From Congzhengia sp. (lineage in GTDB: Bacteria; Bacillota; Clostridia; UBA1381; UBA9506), in contig JAZSJX010000024.1 in assembly GCA_045534535.1 (NCBI GenBank), positions 1 to 63,474 of the forward strand: 63,474 nt of DNA. The letters run 5' to 3'. The notes below the pieces were generated by a model. It saw only the letters and a list, made by a program, of their open reading frames with translations, made no database searches and had not been told where the DNA came from. Numbering within the stretch: the first letter of the stretch is position 1; every line of letters starts with the position of its first letter. Positions 1 through 10,451 of this stretch are shown here, one piece after another. A program made the position numbers and the translations under genes.

Positions 1-383
1 TTTAAGTTTTGGAGAGTTTCGGTCAAAGCAAAAAGGCTTGTATTTTCCGACGCCTTATCGTCAGTTATATAAGCCTTAATTTTCCTTGAAAGATTAAGTG
101 TGCGGGATAATGCGCATAGCTCTGCCATAGACATAATTCCGCCACGCTCCGTGCGAAGCACACCGCCCGTAACATCTGTTATTTTAAATCCGGGCGGATT
201 TCCACGGCGCAGAATTACACCGGCAGCTTCAGTAGTTTCACAAAGCCTTTCACGCACTAAAGCAATGTCAGTTTCAGGCGTAAGACCCAAAATCCGCGTC
301 TTTACCTTTTCATTCTCGGTAAAACCTGAAAGCTGACTTAATATCTTATTAAATTCAAGGGTGTTATAAGTTTTTTTGTTCAT
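1..383 (-). CDS. mutS2: Endonuclease MutS2 / ribosome-collision ATPase, N-terminal part (runs off window start)
   Basis: Not in ORF track. Manual translation from ATG at 383 gives MNKKTYNTLEFNKILSQLSGFTENEKVKTRILGLTP...ETTEAAGVILRRG...ERGGIMSMAEL, the typical MutS2 N-terminus (LEFxKI). Confidence 0.85.
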   Translation of the reverse strand, partial: MNKKTYNTLEFNKILSQLSGFTENEKVKTRILGLTPETDIALVRERLCETTEAAGVILRRGNPPGFKITDVTGGVLRTERGGIMSMAELCALSRTLNLSRKIKAYITDDKASENTSLFALTETLQNL

Positions 384-400
384 TTTTCAAACCTTTAAAT

Positions 401-1342
401 TTAAATAAATGGATCGTTTTCCCCATCATATTCTATAGCTATATTTCCTTCTTCTGCTTCTTCATCTTCATCGTCTGCATAAATGAGCTTTTGAGGTTTT
501 TCTTCTTCAATTTCGTCTGTAAACGCACCTAATTTATACTTAAATTCTTTTCCGCTCTCTAAACAATTTGAAAACTCTTCAATATCTTCTTCCTTAACTG
601 TTGACATAAAAGTAATTCTGCAATTTTTAGCATCCTCTAAAATTTCTTTTGCCCTGTCGAGTTCTCCCAGCTTCATATACACAAAAGCAGAATCGTAATA
701 GGCTTCTACGAAATAAGGCTTCTTTTCCAGTAATTCATCAGCATACTTTTTAGCCTCGTTATAGTCTTCCATTCTGATATATAACTGAACTAAGTTGTCT
801 AAAATAACGGGGTCATCCGAGTTATATTCATAAGCCTCCAGGTTATAGCTTTCTGCTCTTCTTTTGTTATTCTTTAAAAGATACAGATAGCCTAAGCTTC
901 CGTAAATCGTGGTGTTTGTATAGTTTAGAGTAACCTCTTCTAATTCTTCTATAGCCTCGTCAATTCTTCCTGTTTTTAAAAGCAGAACCGCATAGTCTGT
1001 ACGAATTTTAAGTCTTGTATCCTTAGCTAAGTTCTGATTTAAGATATTTTTATAAATCTCTTCAGAAAGCTCAATCTCTCCCTCACGCAAAAGATAATAA
1101 GCGTAAGTTTCAAGTTGCTTTATGTTCATCCCACGCTTGTACGCACGCGAGAACCACTCCATTGCTTTTTTAGCGTCTTTACGGTAAACATTTCTTGCTC
1201 TTCCAACGCAAAAATCAGAATACCATTTAAAATAAATATATGCCAACGCCACTAAAACCGCACCAATACCTAAGTATATATTCATTTTCCAGGCATTTAT
1301 AAGTAAGTAAACTATAGCTATTAAAAATAAAATAGTAAACAT
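401..1342 (-). CDS. Membrane-anchored tetratricopeptide-repeat protein with acidic C-terminal tail
   Basis: Two hydrophobic N-terminal helices, several TPR-like repeats (YAVLLLKTGRIDEAIEEL, YGSLGYLY, AYYDSAFVYMKLGE), D/E-rich tail; RBS AAGGA. Confidence 0.75.
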   Translation of the reverse strand: MFTILFLIAIVYLLINAWKMNIYLGIGAVLVALAYIYFKWYSDFCVGRARNVYRKDAKKAMEWFSRAYKRGMNIKQLETYAYYLLREGEIELSEEIYKNILNQNLAKDTRLKIRTDYAVLLLKTGRIDEAIEELEEVTLNYTNTTIYGSLGYLYLLKNNKRRAESYNLEAYEYNSDDPVILDNLVQLYIRMEDYNEAKKYADELLEKKPYFVEAYYDSAFVYMKLGELDRAKEILEDAKNCRITFMSTVKEEDIEEFSNCLESGKEFKYKLGAFTDEIEEEKPQKLIYADDEDEEAEEGNIAIEYDGENDPFI

Positions 1343-1355
1343 TTTTTCTTCCTTT

Positions 1356-1598
1356 CTAATTTACCACACGGTACATTTCTGACGCCCCGTCCTTTGTTGT
1401 GTGCTCTGCTACCTTTAAAACCTCAAATTTTGTGATTTTTTCTCCAAAACGAAGTTCTAAAACATCGCCTACCTTAACATCATAAGACGCCTTTACAACA
1501 TTTCCGTTAGCGTAGACTCTACCTGCATCGCAGGCATCGTTTGCCAGCGTTCTTCTTTTTATAATCCTTGAAACCTTTAAAAATTTATCAACTCTCAT
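1356..1598 (-). CDS. rqcP: S4-domain RNA-binding protein, YabO/RqcP family (ribosome quality control)
   Basis: 80 aa, MRVDKFLKVSRIIKRRTLANDACDAGRV is the YabO/Hsp15-like signature. Confidence 0.88.
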   Translation of the reverse strand: MRVDKFLKVSRIIKRRTLANDACDAGRVYANGNVVKASYDVKVGDVLELRFGEKITKFEVLKVAEHTTKDGASEMYRVVN

Positions 1599-1606
1599 AA
1601 TGTTTC

Positions 1607-2605
1607 CTATCTTGGAATAAATCCAACCTTTTTATAAACTTTTCTTAATGTCTTTGCCGCTAAATAGTTTGCAGTTTCCGCACCCTTTTTATAAACAGAT
1701 TCAACATAAGCCTTATCCTTAGACAATCGATTAAACTCTGCCTGAATGGGAGCCAAGGCATTTGCGACAGTTTCGCCTACTGCCATTTTAAAGTCGCCAT
1801 AGCCAAAGCCATCAAATTCTTTTTGAGCCTCTTCTATCGTCTTTCCTGAAACTGCACTGTAAATTGACAAAAGATTTGTAACGCCCGGCTTATCAGGAGA
1901 TGCTATAATTTCACTGCCTGAATCCGTAACCGCACGCTTAAACTTTCTTATAATAGTGTCAGTATCATCTAAAAGCTTTATGCATCCGTTAGGGTTAGGG
2001 TCTGATTTTGACATCTTGTTTTCAGGCGACTGAAGACTCATAATTCTCTGCCCTACCTTTGGAATGTAAGGCTCGGGCACTGTGAATGTATCGCTGTAAT
2101 AATGGTTGAATCGGTTTGCGACATCTCTGGCTAACTCAATATGCTGAAGCTGGTCGTGTCCAACAGGAACCAAATCTGCCTGGTATAACAATATATCCGC
2201 TGCCATTAAAACGGGATATGTGAATAAACCTGAGTTAATATTGTCAGCGTGTGATTTTGACTTTTCCTTAAACTGCGTCATACGGGAAAGTTCACCGATT
2301 TGTGAGTTACAACCCAAAACCCATGAAAGCTCTGCGTGTGCACTTACATGCGACTGAATAAAAACTACAGATTTTTCAGGGTCAATGCCCGATGCTAAAT
2401 ACTGCATCAAAACCTCTAATGTTCTGCGTCTTAAGTCTGCGGGCTCCTGCCTTACAGTTATTGAGTGTAAATCAACTATACAATAAATGCACTCATAGTC
2501 ATCCTGAAGCGTTGCCCAGTTTTTAATAGCTCCTATGTAATTTCCAAGCGTCAAATCACCTGATGGCTGAACGCCAGAAAAAATTCTTTTCTTTGCATTT
2601 TCCAT
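1607..2605 (-). CDS. trpS: Tryptophan--tRNA ligase
   Basis: FSGVQPSGDLTLGNYIGA (HIGH-like), KMSKS, YPVLMAADILLY; start taken at MENAKK. Confidence 0.97.
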   Translation of the reverse strand: MENAKKRIFSGVQPSGDLTLGNYIGAIKNWATLQDDYECIYCIVDLHSITVRQEPADLRRRTLEVLMQYLASGIDPEKSVVFIQSHVSAHAELSWVLGCNSQIGELSRMTQFKEKSKSHADNINSGLFTYPVLMAADILLYQADLVPVGHDQLQHIELARDVANRFNHYYSDTFTVPEPYIPKVGQRIMSLQSPENKMSKSDPNPNGCIKLLDDTDTIIRKFKRAVTDSGSEIIASPDKPGVTNLLSIYSAVSGKTIEEAQKEFDGFGYGDFKMAVGETVANALAPIQAEFNRLSKDKAYVESVYKKGAETANYLAAKTLRKVYKKVGFIPR

Positions 2606-2624
2606 AACTTTAACCTGCCTTTTT

Positions 2625-3221
2625 TTATTCAATCAATTCTCTCACGCGAAGACGCACACCCGCATCCTGCGCAATTTTTCTGCACTCTTCAATATCCTCT
2701 TTCGGCAAAACATCAACCACGCTCATTATAACCTCAGACACTTGATTTTTACATTTTTTTGCAAAATCAATAAGTCCAAAAAAGGCATCCTCGCCAAAAT
2801 CGCTCAGGCAAAGCTCGTCGTATTCTTTGGCATTTTTAGCGTTTAGACTAATTGAAACACAGTCTATTAAGCCTTTTAGCTTTGGTGTAATGTCTTCCTC
2901 AAAATAAAGATTTGCCTGTCCATTTGTGTTTATTCTGGTTCTTACACTGTATTTTTCTTTAATATGTTTGGCAACTTTAAGTAAATCATCAAGCCTCATG
3001 GTAGGCTCGCCGTAGCCACAAAAGACAACCTCTTTATACTTTTCAGGGTTAAACCTGTCAATGTCTTTTATTATTTCGTCTACTGTCGGCTCACGCTCAA
3101 GCCATAAGTTAACATCTCCAATGCCACAGTCTTTATCCCTTACACAAAAAGTGCATCTGTTCGTGCACCGGTTAGTTAAATTTATATAAAGTACATTTTC
3201 TAAAACATAGCATATTGTCAA
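2625..3221 (-). CDS. TatD-associated radical SAM protein
   Basis: CTNRCTFC (CxxxCxxC), EVVFCGYGEP, RINTNGQ; directly downstream of tatD; likely TTG start. Confidence 0.88.
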   Translation of the reverse strand: MTICYVLENVLYINLTNRCTNRCTFCVRDKDCGIGDVNLWLEREPTVDEIIKDIDRFNPEKYKEVVFCGYGEPTMRLDDLLKVAKHIKEKYSVRTRINTNGQANLYFEEDITPKLKGLIDCVSISLNAKNAKEYDELCLSDFGEDAFFGLIDFAKKCKNQVSEVIMSVVDVLPKEDIEECRKIAQDAGVRLRVRELIE

Positions 3222-3222
3222 T

Positions 3223-3987
3223 CTAATCACCTATATTATAAAATTTTTTGCCGTTTAGAAGCGTAATTTTCGCAATTTCGTGAGGTGCAACACCACGAAG
3301 CTCTGCAATCTTTTCGCATGTAAAACGGACATTTGAAGAGTCGTTTCTTTTGCCACGATTAGGCTCGGGCGTAAGATATGGACTGTCAGTTTCAATAAGC
3401 AAACGGTCAGACGGCACCATTTTTGCAACCTCTTTTAGCTTTGGTGCATTTTTAAATGTTACCTGACCTGCAATTGAGATATAAAAGCCCAAATCGAGCA
3501 TTATCTTTGCCATTTCAACACTGCCTGAAAAACAATGCATAACGCCGTTATAGTATCCACACTGTTTTATAATTTCAATGGTGTCGGCGTGTGCATCTCT
3601 GTCGTGTACAATATATGGCATATTTAATTCTTTTGCTAAATTCAGCTGTTTGATAAACCACTCTTTCTGAGTTTCACGGTCGGGCTCATCATAGTGGTAA
3701 TCAAGGCCGATTTCACCTATTGCCACTACCTTTTTATGTGATGCCATTTTTTTAAGTTCTTCTAAGTCGCTATCCGTCATATCCCCCGTTTCACTCGGAT
3801 GAACACCGACAGCTGCGTATAAAAAGTCGTATTTTTCAGATAGCAGAATACTGTCTTTTGAGGATTTCATACAGGCACCAACATTAACTGCAAGAGATAC
3901 TCCCTCATTTTGTATTCTCTCGATAACTTCCTCTCGGTCTAAATCAAATTTTTCGTCATCTAAATGCGTGTGCGTGTCAAAAAACAT
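3223..3987 (-). CDS. tatD: TatD family deoxyribonuclease
   Basis: DTHTH, GVHP, AIGEIGLDY, HDRDAH, HCFSGS, ETDSPYL motifs. Confidence 0.95.
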   Translation of the reverse strand: MFFDTHTHLDDEKFDLDREEVIERIQNEGVSLAVNVGACMKSSKDSILLSEKYDFLYAAVGVHPSETGDMTDSDLEELKKMASHKKVVAIGEIGLDYHYDEPDRETQKEWFIKQLNLAKELNMPYIVHDRDAHADTIEIIKQCGYYNGVMHCFSGSVEMAKIMLDLGFYISIAGQVTFKNAPKLKEVAKMVPSDRLLIETDSPYLTPEPNRGKRNDSSNVRFTCEKIAELRGVAPHEIAKITLLNGKKFYNIGD

Positions 3988-4475
3988 TATTTTTCCTCCG
4001 GTATATATCCTTCATCTTCTAATAAATCATCGCTTGCTGAAGCTGCTACTGCGAGCCTATCACAACGCTCGTTTTCTTCGTGTCCTGCGTGCCCCTTTAC
4101 CCAATGAAACTCCACATTATGCTCATCTAAAAGCACCAGCAAACGCTCCCAAAGGTCAACATTTACGGCGGGGTCTTTTTTATTTCTCATCCAGCCGTTT
4201 AGCTCCCACTTGTAAACCCAGCCTTCGCAAATTGCATCAATTACATACTTACTGTCGCTGTAAACATTTACATTGCAGGTTTCGTTAAGTGCCTCAAGGC
4301 CTGAAATTACCGCCAGAATTTCCATTCTGTTGTTGGTAGTTAATTTATAGCCTTGCGACAACTCTTTTATATGACCCTTATATTTTAAAATAACGCCGTA
4401 GCCACCTTTTCCGGGATTTCCGCTACACGCACCATCTGTGAAAAGGTCTATTGTTTTAAGTCCTGATTCAAACAT
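3987..4475 (-). CDS. rnhA: Ribonuclease HI
   Basis: FTDGACSGNPG, TTNNRME, SDSKY, WVKGHAGHEENERCD. Confidence 0.97.
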   Translation of the reverse strand: MFESGLKTIDLFTDGACSGNPGKGGYGVILKYKGHIKELSQGYKLTTNNRMEILAVISGLEALNETCNVNVYSDSKYVIDAICEGWVYKWELNGWMRNKKDPAVNVDLWERLLVLLDEHNVEFHWVKGHAGHEENERCDRLAVAASASDDLLEDEGYIPEEK

Positions 4476-5433
4476 CTTTCGTATCTAAGCCTTTCGTTAT
4501 TGTTAAAATAAGCTCATCTAAAATTTCATCAATGTTGCCTTCCGCAACAAAAGCCGCAGCGTTTTTATGACCGCCGCCACCGAATTTGTCGGCAGCTTTA
4601 GACAAATCCAAAACATCTCTTCCGCGAAGACTTACTCTTTTAGAATTTTCGTCCTTGTCTTTTACTAAAATTGCAACCCTGACACCTTCAATGCTAAGCG
4701 GAATGTTTGGAAGCTCTTCAACATCGTCATAGGTTAAGCCATACTCTGCCAAAAAGTCTTCGGGGCATTTTAGCATAGCAATTTCGCCATTTTTAAAAAG
4801 CTCGATTCTCTCTGCTACTTTTCCTGTAAAAATAAGCTTTTCATATTTTATCGTATCGTATAAAATCTCAGTAATCTTTCTGTGGTTTATACCCGACTTT
4901 AAAATTTTTGCGCAAATTTCAAAGGTTTCCGCCGTTACGCTTGAAAACTTAAAATGTCCCGTATCTGTTGAAATTCCCGTGTACATAGCTATGCAGGCAG
5001 ACTGCGGAATTTTTTTGGTTAAGCACTCACAAAGCTTATAGCAAATCTGTGCCGTTGCGGGAGAGTCAACTTCCTTGTAACAAATGTCGCCGAAGCTTTC
5101 CCCTGAAAAGTGATGGTCAACACACAAAACACACGGAATTTTTTTGCAGGGATTTTCTAAAGCACCAAGCCTTTCATAAGCACCGCAATCTAAAACGAGT
5201 GCGCAATCAGCATCTATTTTAGTATCCTCATCGCCGATTTTATAATCCTCGCCTAGGTATGAAAACTTTTTAGGCATTTCCTTTTCAAGATAAATTTCAG
5301 CACTTTTCCCTATTGACTCTAATACCCTTTTTACCGCAAATGACGAGCCCAAAGCGTCGCCGTCAGGGTTTAAATGAGTAAAAATCGCAATTTTTTCCGC
5401 TTTTTTAAGTTTTTTAGCTATCTTTTTCAGCAT
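4468..5433 (-). CDS. nrnA: DHH/DHHA1 oligoribonuclease / pAp phosphatase NrnA
   Basis: HLNPDGDALGS, VDHH, TDTGHF, GGGGHKNAA; follows rbfA; start at MLKKIA. Confidence 0.9.
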   Translation of the reverse strand: MLKKIAKKLKKAEKIAIFTHLNPDGDALGSSFAVKRVLESIGKSAEIYLEKEMPKKFSYLGEDYKIGDEDTKIDADCALVLDCGAYERLGALENPCKKIPCVLCVDHHFSGESFGDICYKEVDSPATAQICYKLCECLTKKIPQSACIAMYTGISTDTGHFKFSSVTAETFEICAKILKSGINHRKITEILYDTIKYEKLIFTGKVAERIELFKNGEIAMLKCPEDFLAEYGLTYDDVEELPNIPLSIEGVRVAILVKDKDENSKRVSLRGRDVLDLSKAADKFGGGGHKNAAAFVAEGNIDEILDELILTITKGLDTKDV

Positions 5434-5776
5434 CAGTTTTTGCCTCCCTGTGCAAAAGCTCGTTAATGCGTGCACCATGCTCGATTGAGTCATCAAGCTT
5501 ATACATAATTTCAGGTGTGTACCTTAAGTTTAACCTGTGCCCTAATTCTCTGCGAACAAAACCTGCAGAATTTTTAAGTGCCTTCATGGCTTCCTTTTTC
5601 TGCTCTTCGGTACCTAATATACTTACATAAATATTTGCATACTTAAGGTCAGGCGTTACAGACACAGTAACAATACTTGTCATAAGCGGAATACGAGGGT
5701 CCTTAAGCTCCCTTATAATGCTCGCCATTTCACGCCTTACCTCTTCATTTATTCTACTAATTCGGTTTGTTGCCAT
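5414..5776 (-). CDS. rbfA: 30S ribosome-binding factor A
   Basis: RISRINEE, LKDPRI, LRYTPE...DDSIEHG; follows infB. Confidence 0.97.
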   Translation of the reverse strand: MATNRISRINEEVRREMASIIRELKDPRIPLMTSIVTVSVTPDLKYANIYVSILGTEEQKKEAMKALKNSAGFVRRELGHRLNLRYTPEIMYKLDDSIEHGARINELLHREAKTDAEKDS

Positions 5777-5797
5777 AAATTACTCCTTTTTTTAAGG

Positions 5798-8071
5798 TTA
5801 TCTTTCAACCTCAACCATTTTAAATCCTTCAACAACATCGCCTTCCTTGATGTCATTAAATCTTTCAATGGAAAGACCGCATTCATATCCTGAACCAACC
5901 TCTTTTGCATCGTCTTTAAATCTCTTAAGTGATGCAAGCTCGCCCTCGTGAATAACAATACCATCACGAACGATACGAACCTGAGTATTTCTCGCAATTG
6001 TACCATCTGTTACATAACAACCTGCGATTGTACCAACACCTGACACCTTAAAGGTCTGACGAATTTCAGCGTGGCCTGTAACCTCTTCACGATATGTCGG
6101 GTCAAGCATACCCTTCATAGCAGCTTCAATTTCCTCTATCGCGTTGTAGATTACTCTGTATAGTCTTATGTCAACGCCCTGTGTTTCAGCAGATGCGGCA
6201 GCCCCTGCATCAGGTCTTACATTAAAGCCTACAATAATAGCGTTTGATGCATAGGCTAACATAACATCGGATTCTCTGATCGCACCAACACCACTATGGA
6301 TTACATTTACCCTTACCTCTTCATTTGAAAGCTTAACGAGCGACTGCTTAACCGCTTCAACAGAGCCGTTAACATCAGCCTTAATTACGATATTTAAGTC
6401 CTTAATCTGACCTTCCTTTACCTTGTCAAAGAAATCGTCTAAGGTTACAACGCTGTGAGAACCGATTCTTTCCTCTTTTGCTTTTTGCTTTCTCTTTTCA
6501 ACAACATTTTTAGCCATACGCTCATCTTCTACAACATAGAAAATGTCGCCGCCTTCCGGAACTTCGTCTAAACCTAAAATCTCAACAGGAACAGACGGAC
6601 CCGCCTTTTTAATTTTCTTGCCCTTATCATCAAGCATAGCACGAACATGGCCAAAAGATGTTCCTACAACTACAGTATCACCAATTTTGAGTGTACCATT
6701 CTGAACTAAAACAGACGCAACAGGACCGCGGCCCTTATCAAGCTTAGCCTCTATAACTGTACCCTTTGCTTTTCTGTTAGGATTAGCCTTCAAATCGCGC
6801 ATGTCAGCAACTAAAATTACCATTTCCAAAAGGTCTTCTATGTTCATTCTCTTTTTAGCTGAAATCTCAACACAGATTGTGTCGCCGCCCCAGTCTTCAG
6901 GAACTAAGCCGTACTCTGTTAATTCCTGTTTGATTCTGTCAGGGTTAGCACTTTCCTTATCCATCTTGTTAATAGCAACTATAATGCCTAAGTTTGCTGC
7001 TTTAGCGTGGTTTATTGCCTCAATTGTCTGTGGCATAATACCATCGTCTGCCGCAACAACTAAGATTGCAACATCAGTTACCTGTGCACCTCTTGCACGC
7101 ATAGCGGTAAACGCTTCGTGGCCTGGTGTATCTAAAAATGTAATTTTTCTGTCGTTTATCCTTACTCTGTAAGCACCGATATGCTGTGTTATACCGCCTG
7201 CTTCTGATTCAATAACATTTGTGCTTCTGATTGCATCCAAAAGTGAGGTTTTACCGTGGTCAACATGGCCCATAACGACAACTACAGGAGAACGGGGTTC
7301 AAGCTGGTCATCTGTGTCTTCAAAATCGTCAAACAAAATGTCTTCATCTGTTAAAATTATTTCCTTTTCAACTATTGCACCAAAATCCTCTGCAATCAGT
7401 GATGCTGTGTCAAAATCAACAGACTGACTGATTGATGCCATAACACCGAGCATCATAAGCTTTTTAATAACCTCAGTTGCAGGAACCTCTAAGCGTTCTG
7501 CAAGCTCGCCAACTGCGATTTCGTCAGGAATTTTAACGGTAACAGGACCTTTTTTAACTTCTTTTTGCTTAACAACCTTGGTTTTGCTCTTAACCTGATT
7601 ATTATCACGGAATTTAGAACTGCCCTTCTTTAGTTTTTGCATTTTAACGCCGTCATCTGCAATGTTTTGAGGAACTAACTCCTCTATAATCTCATCGTCA
7701 ACCTTGTTTAGGTCAACAACTGTCTGACGCGTATCAACATGACGAACCTTTCTTCCGATAGGTTCATCTATTTTAATCTCTTCTTTAGTCTCTTCATTAT
7801 TTTGTGTGCCTTCAGTCTTCTGCTTTGCTTTCTTTTCTTTTTTAGGAGCCTTAACCTCCTCTTTAACCTTGCCAAATACAGGAACCTCGACTTTTCCGTC
7901 ATAAGCCTGTGTAAGTCTTTCAAAAAAGACATCAAGCTCCTCCTGTTCTAAAGCGCTCATATGGTTTCTTGTAGGAAACCCAAATCCCGACATTAAGCTT
8001 ATAACCTCTTTTGAATTTGAATCAAGCTCCTTTGCCAGCTCATGTACTCTCACTTTTGACATAAACGCCAC
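5798..8071 (-). CDS. infB: Translation initiation factor IF-2
   Basis: [34 protein letters not shown]. Confidence 0.99.
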   Translation of the reverse strand: MAFMSKVRVHELAKELDSNSKEVISLMSGFGFPTRNHMSALEQEELDVFFERLTQAYDGKVEVPVFGKVKEEVKAPKKEKKAKQKTEGTQNNEETKEEIKIDEPIGRKVRHVDTRQTVVDLNKVDDEIIEELVPQNIADDGVKMQKLKKGSSKFRDNNQVKSKTKVVKQKEVKKGPVTVKIPDEIAVGELAERLEVPATEVIKKLMMLGVMASISQSVDFDTASLIAEDFGAIVEKEIILTDEDILFDDFEDTDDQLEPRSPVVVVMGHVDHGKTSLLDAIRSTNVIESEAGGITQHIGAYRVRINDRKITFLDTPGHEAFTAMRARGAQVTDVAILVVAADDGIMPQTIEAINHAKAANLGIIVAINKMDKESANPDRIKQELTEYGLVPEDWGGDTICVEISAKKRMNIEDLLEMVILVADMRDLKANPNRKAKGTVIEAKLDKGRGPVASVLVQNGTLKIGDTVVVGTSFGHVRAMLDDKGKKIKKAGPSVPVEILGLDEVPEGGDIFYVVEDERMAKNVVEKRKQKAKEERIGSHSVVTLDDFFDKVKEGQIKDLNIVIKADVNGSVEAVKQSLVKLSNEEVRVNVIHSGVGAIRESDVMLAYASNAIIVGFNVRPDAGAAASAETQGVDIRLYRVIYNAIEEIEAAMKGMLDPTYREEVTGHAEIRQTFKVSGVGTIAGCYVTDGTIARNTQVRIVRDGIVIHEGELASLKRFKDDAKEVGSGYECGLSIERFNDIKEGDVVEGFKMVEVER

Positions 8072-8119
8072 CTCCGAAAAATTACTTGTCTAAAACAACC
8101 TGTGGTTGCAATTCGCTTT

Positions 8120-8422
8120 TTATTTGCCTTCCAAAAGCTTTAAAATCGCTTTTGCAAAGCCTTCATCATTTATGCTTATAACACTTTTATCACGGTTTGC
8201 CGTAAAATGACCTAAGGTTTCCTTTTCGCCGTATATAATTGCACGAGCCTTTAAATACTTACAAAGACTTAAAATACGCTCTTTTGACTTTTCCGAAGTG
8301 TCATTTGCAATTATTACAAGCTCTGCCATACCTTCTTTTACAGCTTTTGTAGTTAAATACTCGCCCGCATAAACTTTTCCCGCCTTTTTTGCAAGGCTTA
8401 CTAAATTCAGTACCTTATCCAA
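8120..8422 (-). CDS. ylxQ: L7Ae/YlxQ family RNA-binding protein
   Basis: LAKKAGK...G, VIIAND; conserved position between ylxR and infB. Confidence 0.85.
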   Translation of the reverse strand: MDKVLNLVSLAKKAGKVYAGEYLTTKAVKEGMAELVIIANDTSEKSKERILSLCKYLKARAIIYGEKETLGHFTANRDKSVISINDEGFAKAILKLLEGK

Positions 8423-8435
8423 TACATCTCATCCT

Positions 8436-8690
8436 TTAGTCTTCTTTTGTAATAAGCATTTCGTAAATTTCATCACACACTCTTTGCCTTAACGCTCTGT
8501 CGAGCACTCTTTTCTTTAAAAGGTCAGGGCTTTTTGCACAATTTTTGCAAACATAAGCTCCTCTTCCCTGCATTTTGTGTGTTCTGTCTAAAAATATGCC
8601 GTTTTCATTTTTAGCAATTCTTATAAGCTCTTTTTTAGGAAATTTTCCACGGCACATGATACACTCTCTTATGGGTTTTTCGTTTCCCAT
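8436..8690 (-). CDS. ylxR: YlxR (RnpM) family protein
   Basis: PIRECIMC...KKELIRI...GRGAYVC; downstream of nusA. Confidence 0.92.
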   Translation of the reverse strand: MGNEKPIRECIMCRGKFPKKELIRIAKNENGIFLDRTHKMQGRGAYVCKNCAKSPDLLKKRVLDRALRQRVCDEIYEMLITKED

Positions 8691-8692
8691 TA

Positions 8693-9721
8693 TTATTCCT
8701 CCGGCTTAATATCTATTTTCCAGCCTGTAAGACGAGCAGCTAAGCGTGCATTCTGACCTTCCTTACCAATCGCAAGTGATAGCTGACCATTTGGAACTAA
8801 AACGCTCGCACTGTGCTCTTCTTCGTTAACTGTACAGCTTACTACATCAGAAGGACTAAGCGCTGCTGAAATAAACGCTGCAGGGTCTTCACTGTATTTT
8901 ATAATATCAATCTTTTCTCCGCCAAGCTCGTCGCAAACTGCCTGAACTCTCGCACCTCTCGGTCCTACACAAGCACCTACAGGGTCAACATTTTCATTTT
9001 CTGAGTAAACTGAAATTTTAGACCTAGAACCTGCTTCTCTTGAAATTGACTTAATTTCAACTACACCCTCTGTACATTCAGGAACTTCCTGTTCGAACAA
9101 GCGTTTAACAAGTCCCGGATGAGTTCTTGATAAAATAATCTGTGGGTCGTTGCCTGAAAGCTTAACCTCTGCCACATAAAATTTCATTCTTGAACCTGCT
9201 TTATAGGTTTCCCCTGCCATCTGCTCATTTGTTGGCAAAATAGCCTCAGTGTTTCCGCCTATTTCAACCGAAACAAATCTTGCATCGCTTCTTGTAATTA
9301 AACCTGTTACCAAGGTGTTTTCCCTGTCGCGATAGATGTTAAACACCTTATCACGCTCAGCCTCTTTAATTCTCTGAACTACAACCTGTTTTGCTGTCTG
9401 TGCTGCAATTCTGCCAAAGGTTCTTGGTGTAACCTCAATGTTTACAATATCTCCTAAACTGTAACCTCCTGAGATTTTTTGTGCCTCATCTGTTGAAATG
9501 TGAAGGTTTACATCCTCTACCTCTTCTACGACTTCTTTTTGCTGATAAACCTTGATTTCACCCGTTTCCTTGTCAATGTTTACCGAAACATTCTGTGCGT
9601 GGTCATAATTTTTCTTATACGCAGTAATTAGTGCAAATTCGATTGTTTCGAGCAGTGAGTCCTTGCTGATATTTTTGTCCTCCGCAATCTCAGAAAGTGC
9701 GGTAATAAATTCCTGATTCAT
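8693..9721 (-). CDS. nusA: Transcription termination factor NusA
   Basis: FGRIAAQTAKQV, SREAGSRSK, AIGKEGQNARLAARLTGWKIDI. Confidence 0.98.
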   Translation of the reverse strand: MNQEFITALSEIAEDKNISKDSLLETIEFALITAYKKNYDHAQNVSVNIDKETGEIKVYQQKEVVEEVEDVNLHISTDEAQKISGGYSLGDIVNIEVTPRTFGRIAAQTAKQVVVQRIKEAERDKVFNIYRDRENTLVTGLITRSDARFVSVEIGGNTEAILPTNEQMAGETYKAGSRMKFYVAEVKLSGNDPQIILSRTHPGLVKRLFEQEVPECTEGVVEIKSISREAGSRSKISVYSENENVDPVGACVGPRGARVQAVCDELGGEKIDIIKYSEDPAAFISAALSPSDVVSCTVNEEEHSASVLVPNGQLSLAIGKEGQNARLAARLTGWKIDIKPEE

Positions 9722-9743
9722 TTTCTTAATTCCTCCAAACTAT

Positions 9744-10205
9744 TTAAAACTCTACAGTAAGTCTTATTTGTGATATTTTATCTAATGGCAAATCCATTGC
9801 CTTATTGTCCTTATAAAGTGTTACAATCCCGCCTTCATATCCTTTAAGGCAAGCCGTAAATTCCTTTTCGCCGTCAATTGGTGCAAAAAGCTTTACATCA
9901 ACATTTTTATCCAGGCACTTTTCAAAATGAAAGTCCTGCTTTAATGCTCTGTCAAGTCCTGCTGACGAAACCTCTAGCATATATTCCTGCGATATCGGGT
10001 CCTTTTCGTCAAGCACCTCAGATAGTGCACGGCTGACCTTTTCACAGTCCTCAATAAATATTCCGCCCTCACGGTCCAAGAAAATTCTTAAAACATAAGA
10101 CGGACCTTCTTTTTTAAATTCAATGTCCCATACATAGACATTATTTTCGTCGACTATGGGCTTTAAGAACTCTAAAACCTGTTGTTCAATTTTGTTGTAA
10201 GCCAT
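9744..10205 (-). CDS. rimP: Ribosome maturation factor RimP
   Basis: LRIFLD, DCEKVSR, YMLEVSSAGLDR; first gene of the nusA operon. Confidence 0.96.
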   Translation of the reverse strand: MAYNKIEQQVLEFLKPIVDENNVYVWDIEFKKEGPSYVLRIFLDREGGIFIEDCEKVSRALSEVLDEKDPISQEYMLEVSSAGLDRALKQDFHFEKCLDKNVDVKLFAPIDGEKEFTACLKGYEGGIVTLYKDNKAMDLPLDKISQIRLTVEF

Positions 10206-10252
10206 TTTCCACCTCTAAATTAAAACTGTGTAAAAATTTGCGGATACAATGC

Positions 10253-10282
10253 GAAAGAGTGGGAACATCTGCCCACTCTTTC
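10253..10282 (-). promoter_or_regulatory. rimP leader hairpin
   Basis: GAAAGAGTGGG...CCCACTCTTTC inverted repeat in the rimP 5' leader, matching the conserved rimP-leader stem. Confidence 0.75.
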
Positions 10283-10305
10283 TAAAATCCAATATCCATA
10301 TCTAC

Positions 10306-10334
10306 ATTATAACAAATGGAGATAAAAAATGCAA
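10306..10334 (-). promoter_or_regulatory. Sigma-A promoter of the rimP-nusA-infB operon
   Basis: TTGCAT-17 bp-TATAAT on the minus strand. Confidence 0.65.
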
Positions 10335-10451
10335 GTACTTTTGATAATATTTTTTCTTATTTTTACCAAAAAATAAACTAATATGTATCACGATTGTTTC
10401 TATTGGTACAGCTATAAAAAATGTACATCAAAACATTACGATATTACTTGC

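Noticed and set aside
100-336. 78-aa plus-strand ORF
   Set aside because: Antisense shadow of the mutS2 N-terminus on the minus strand.
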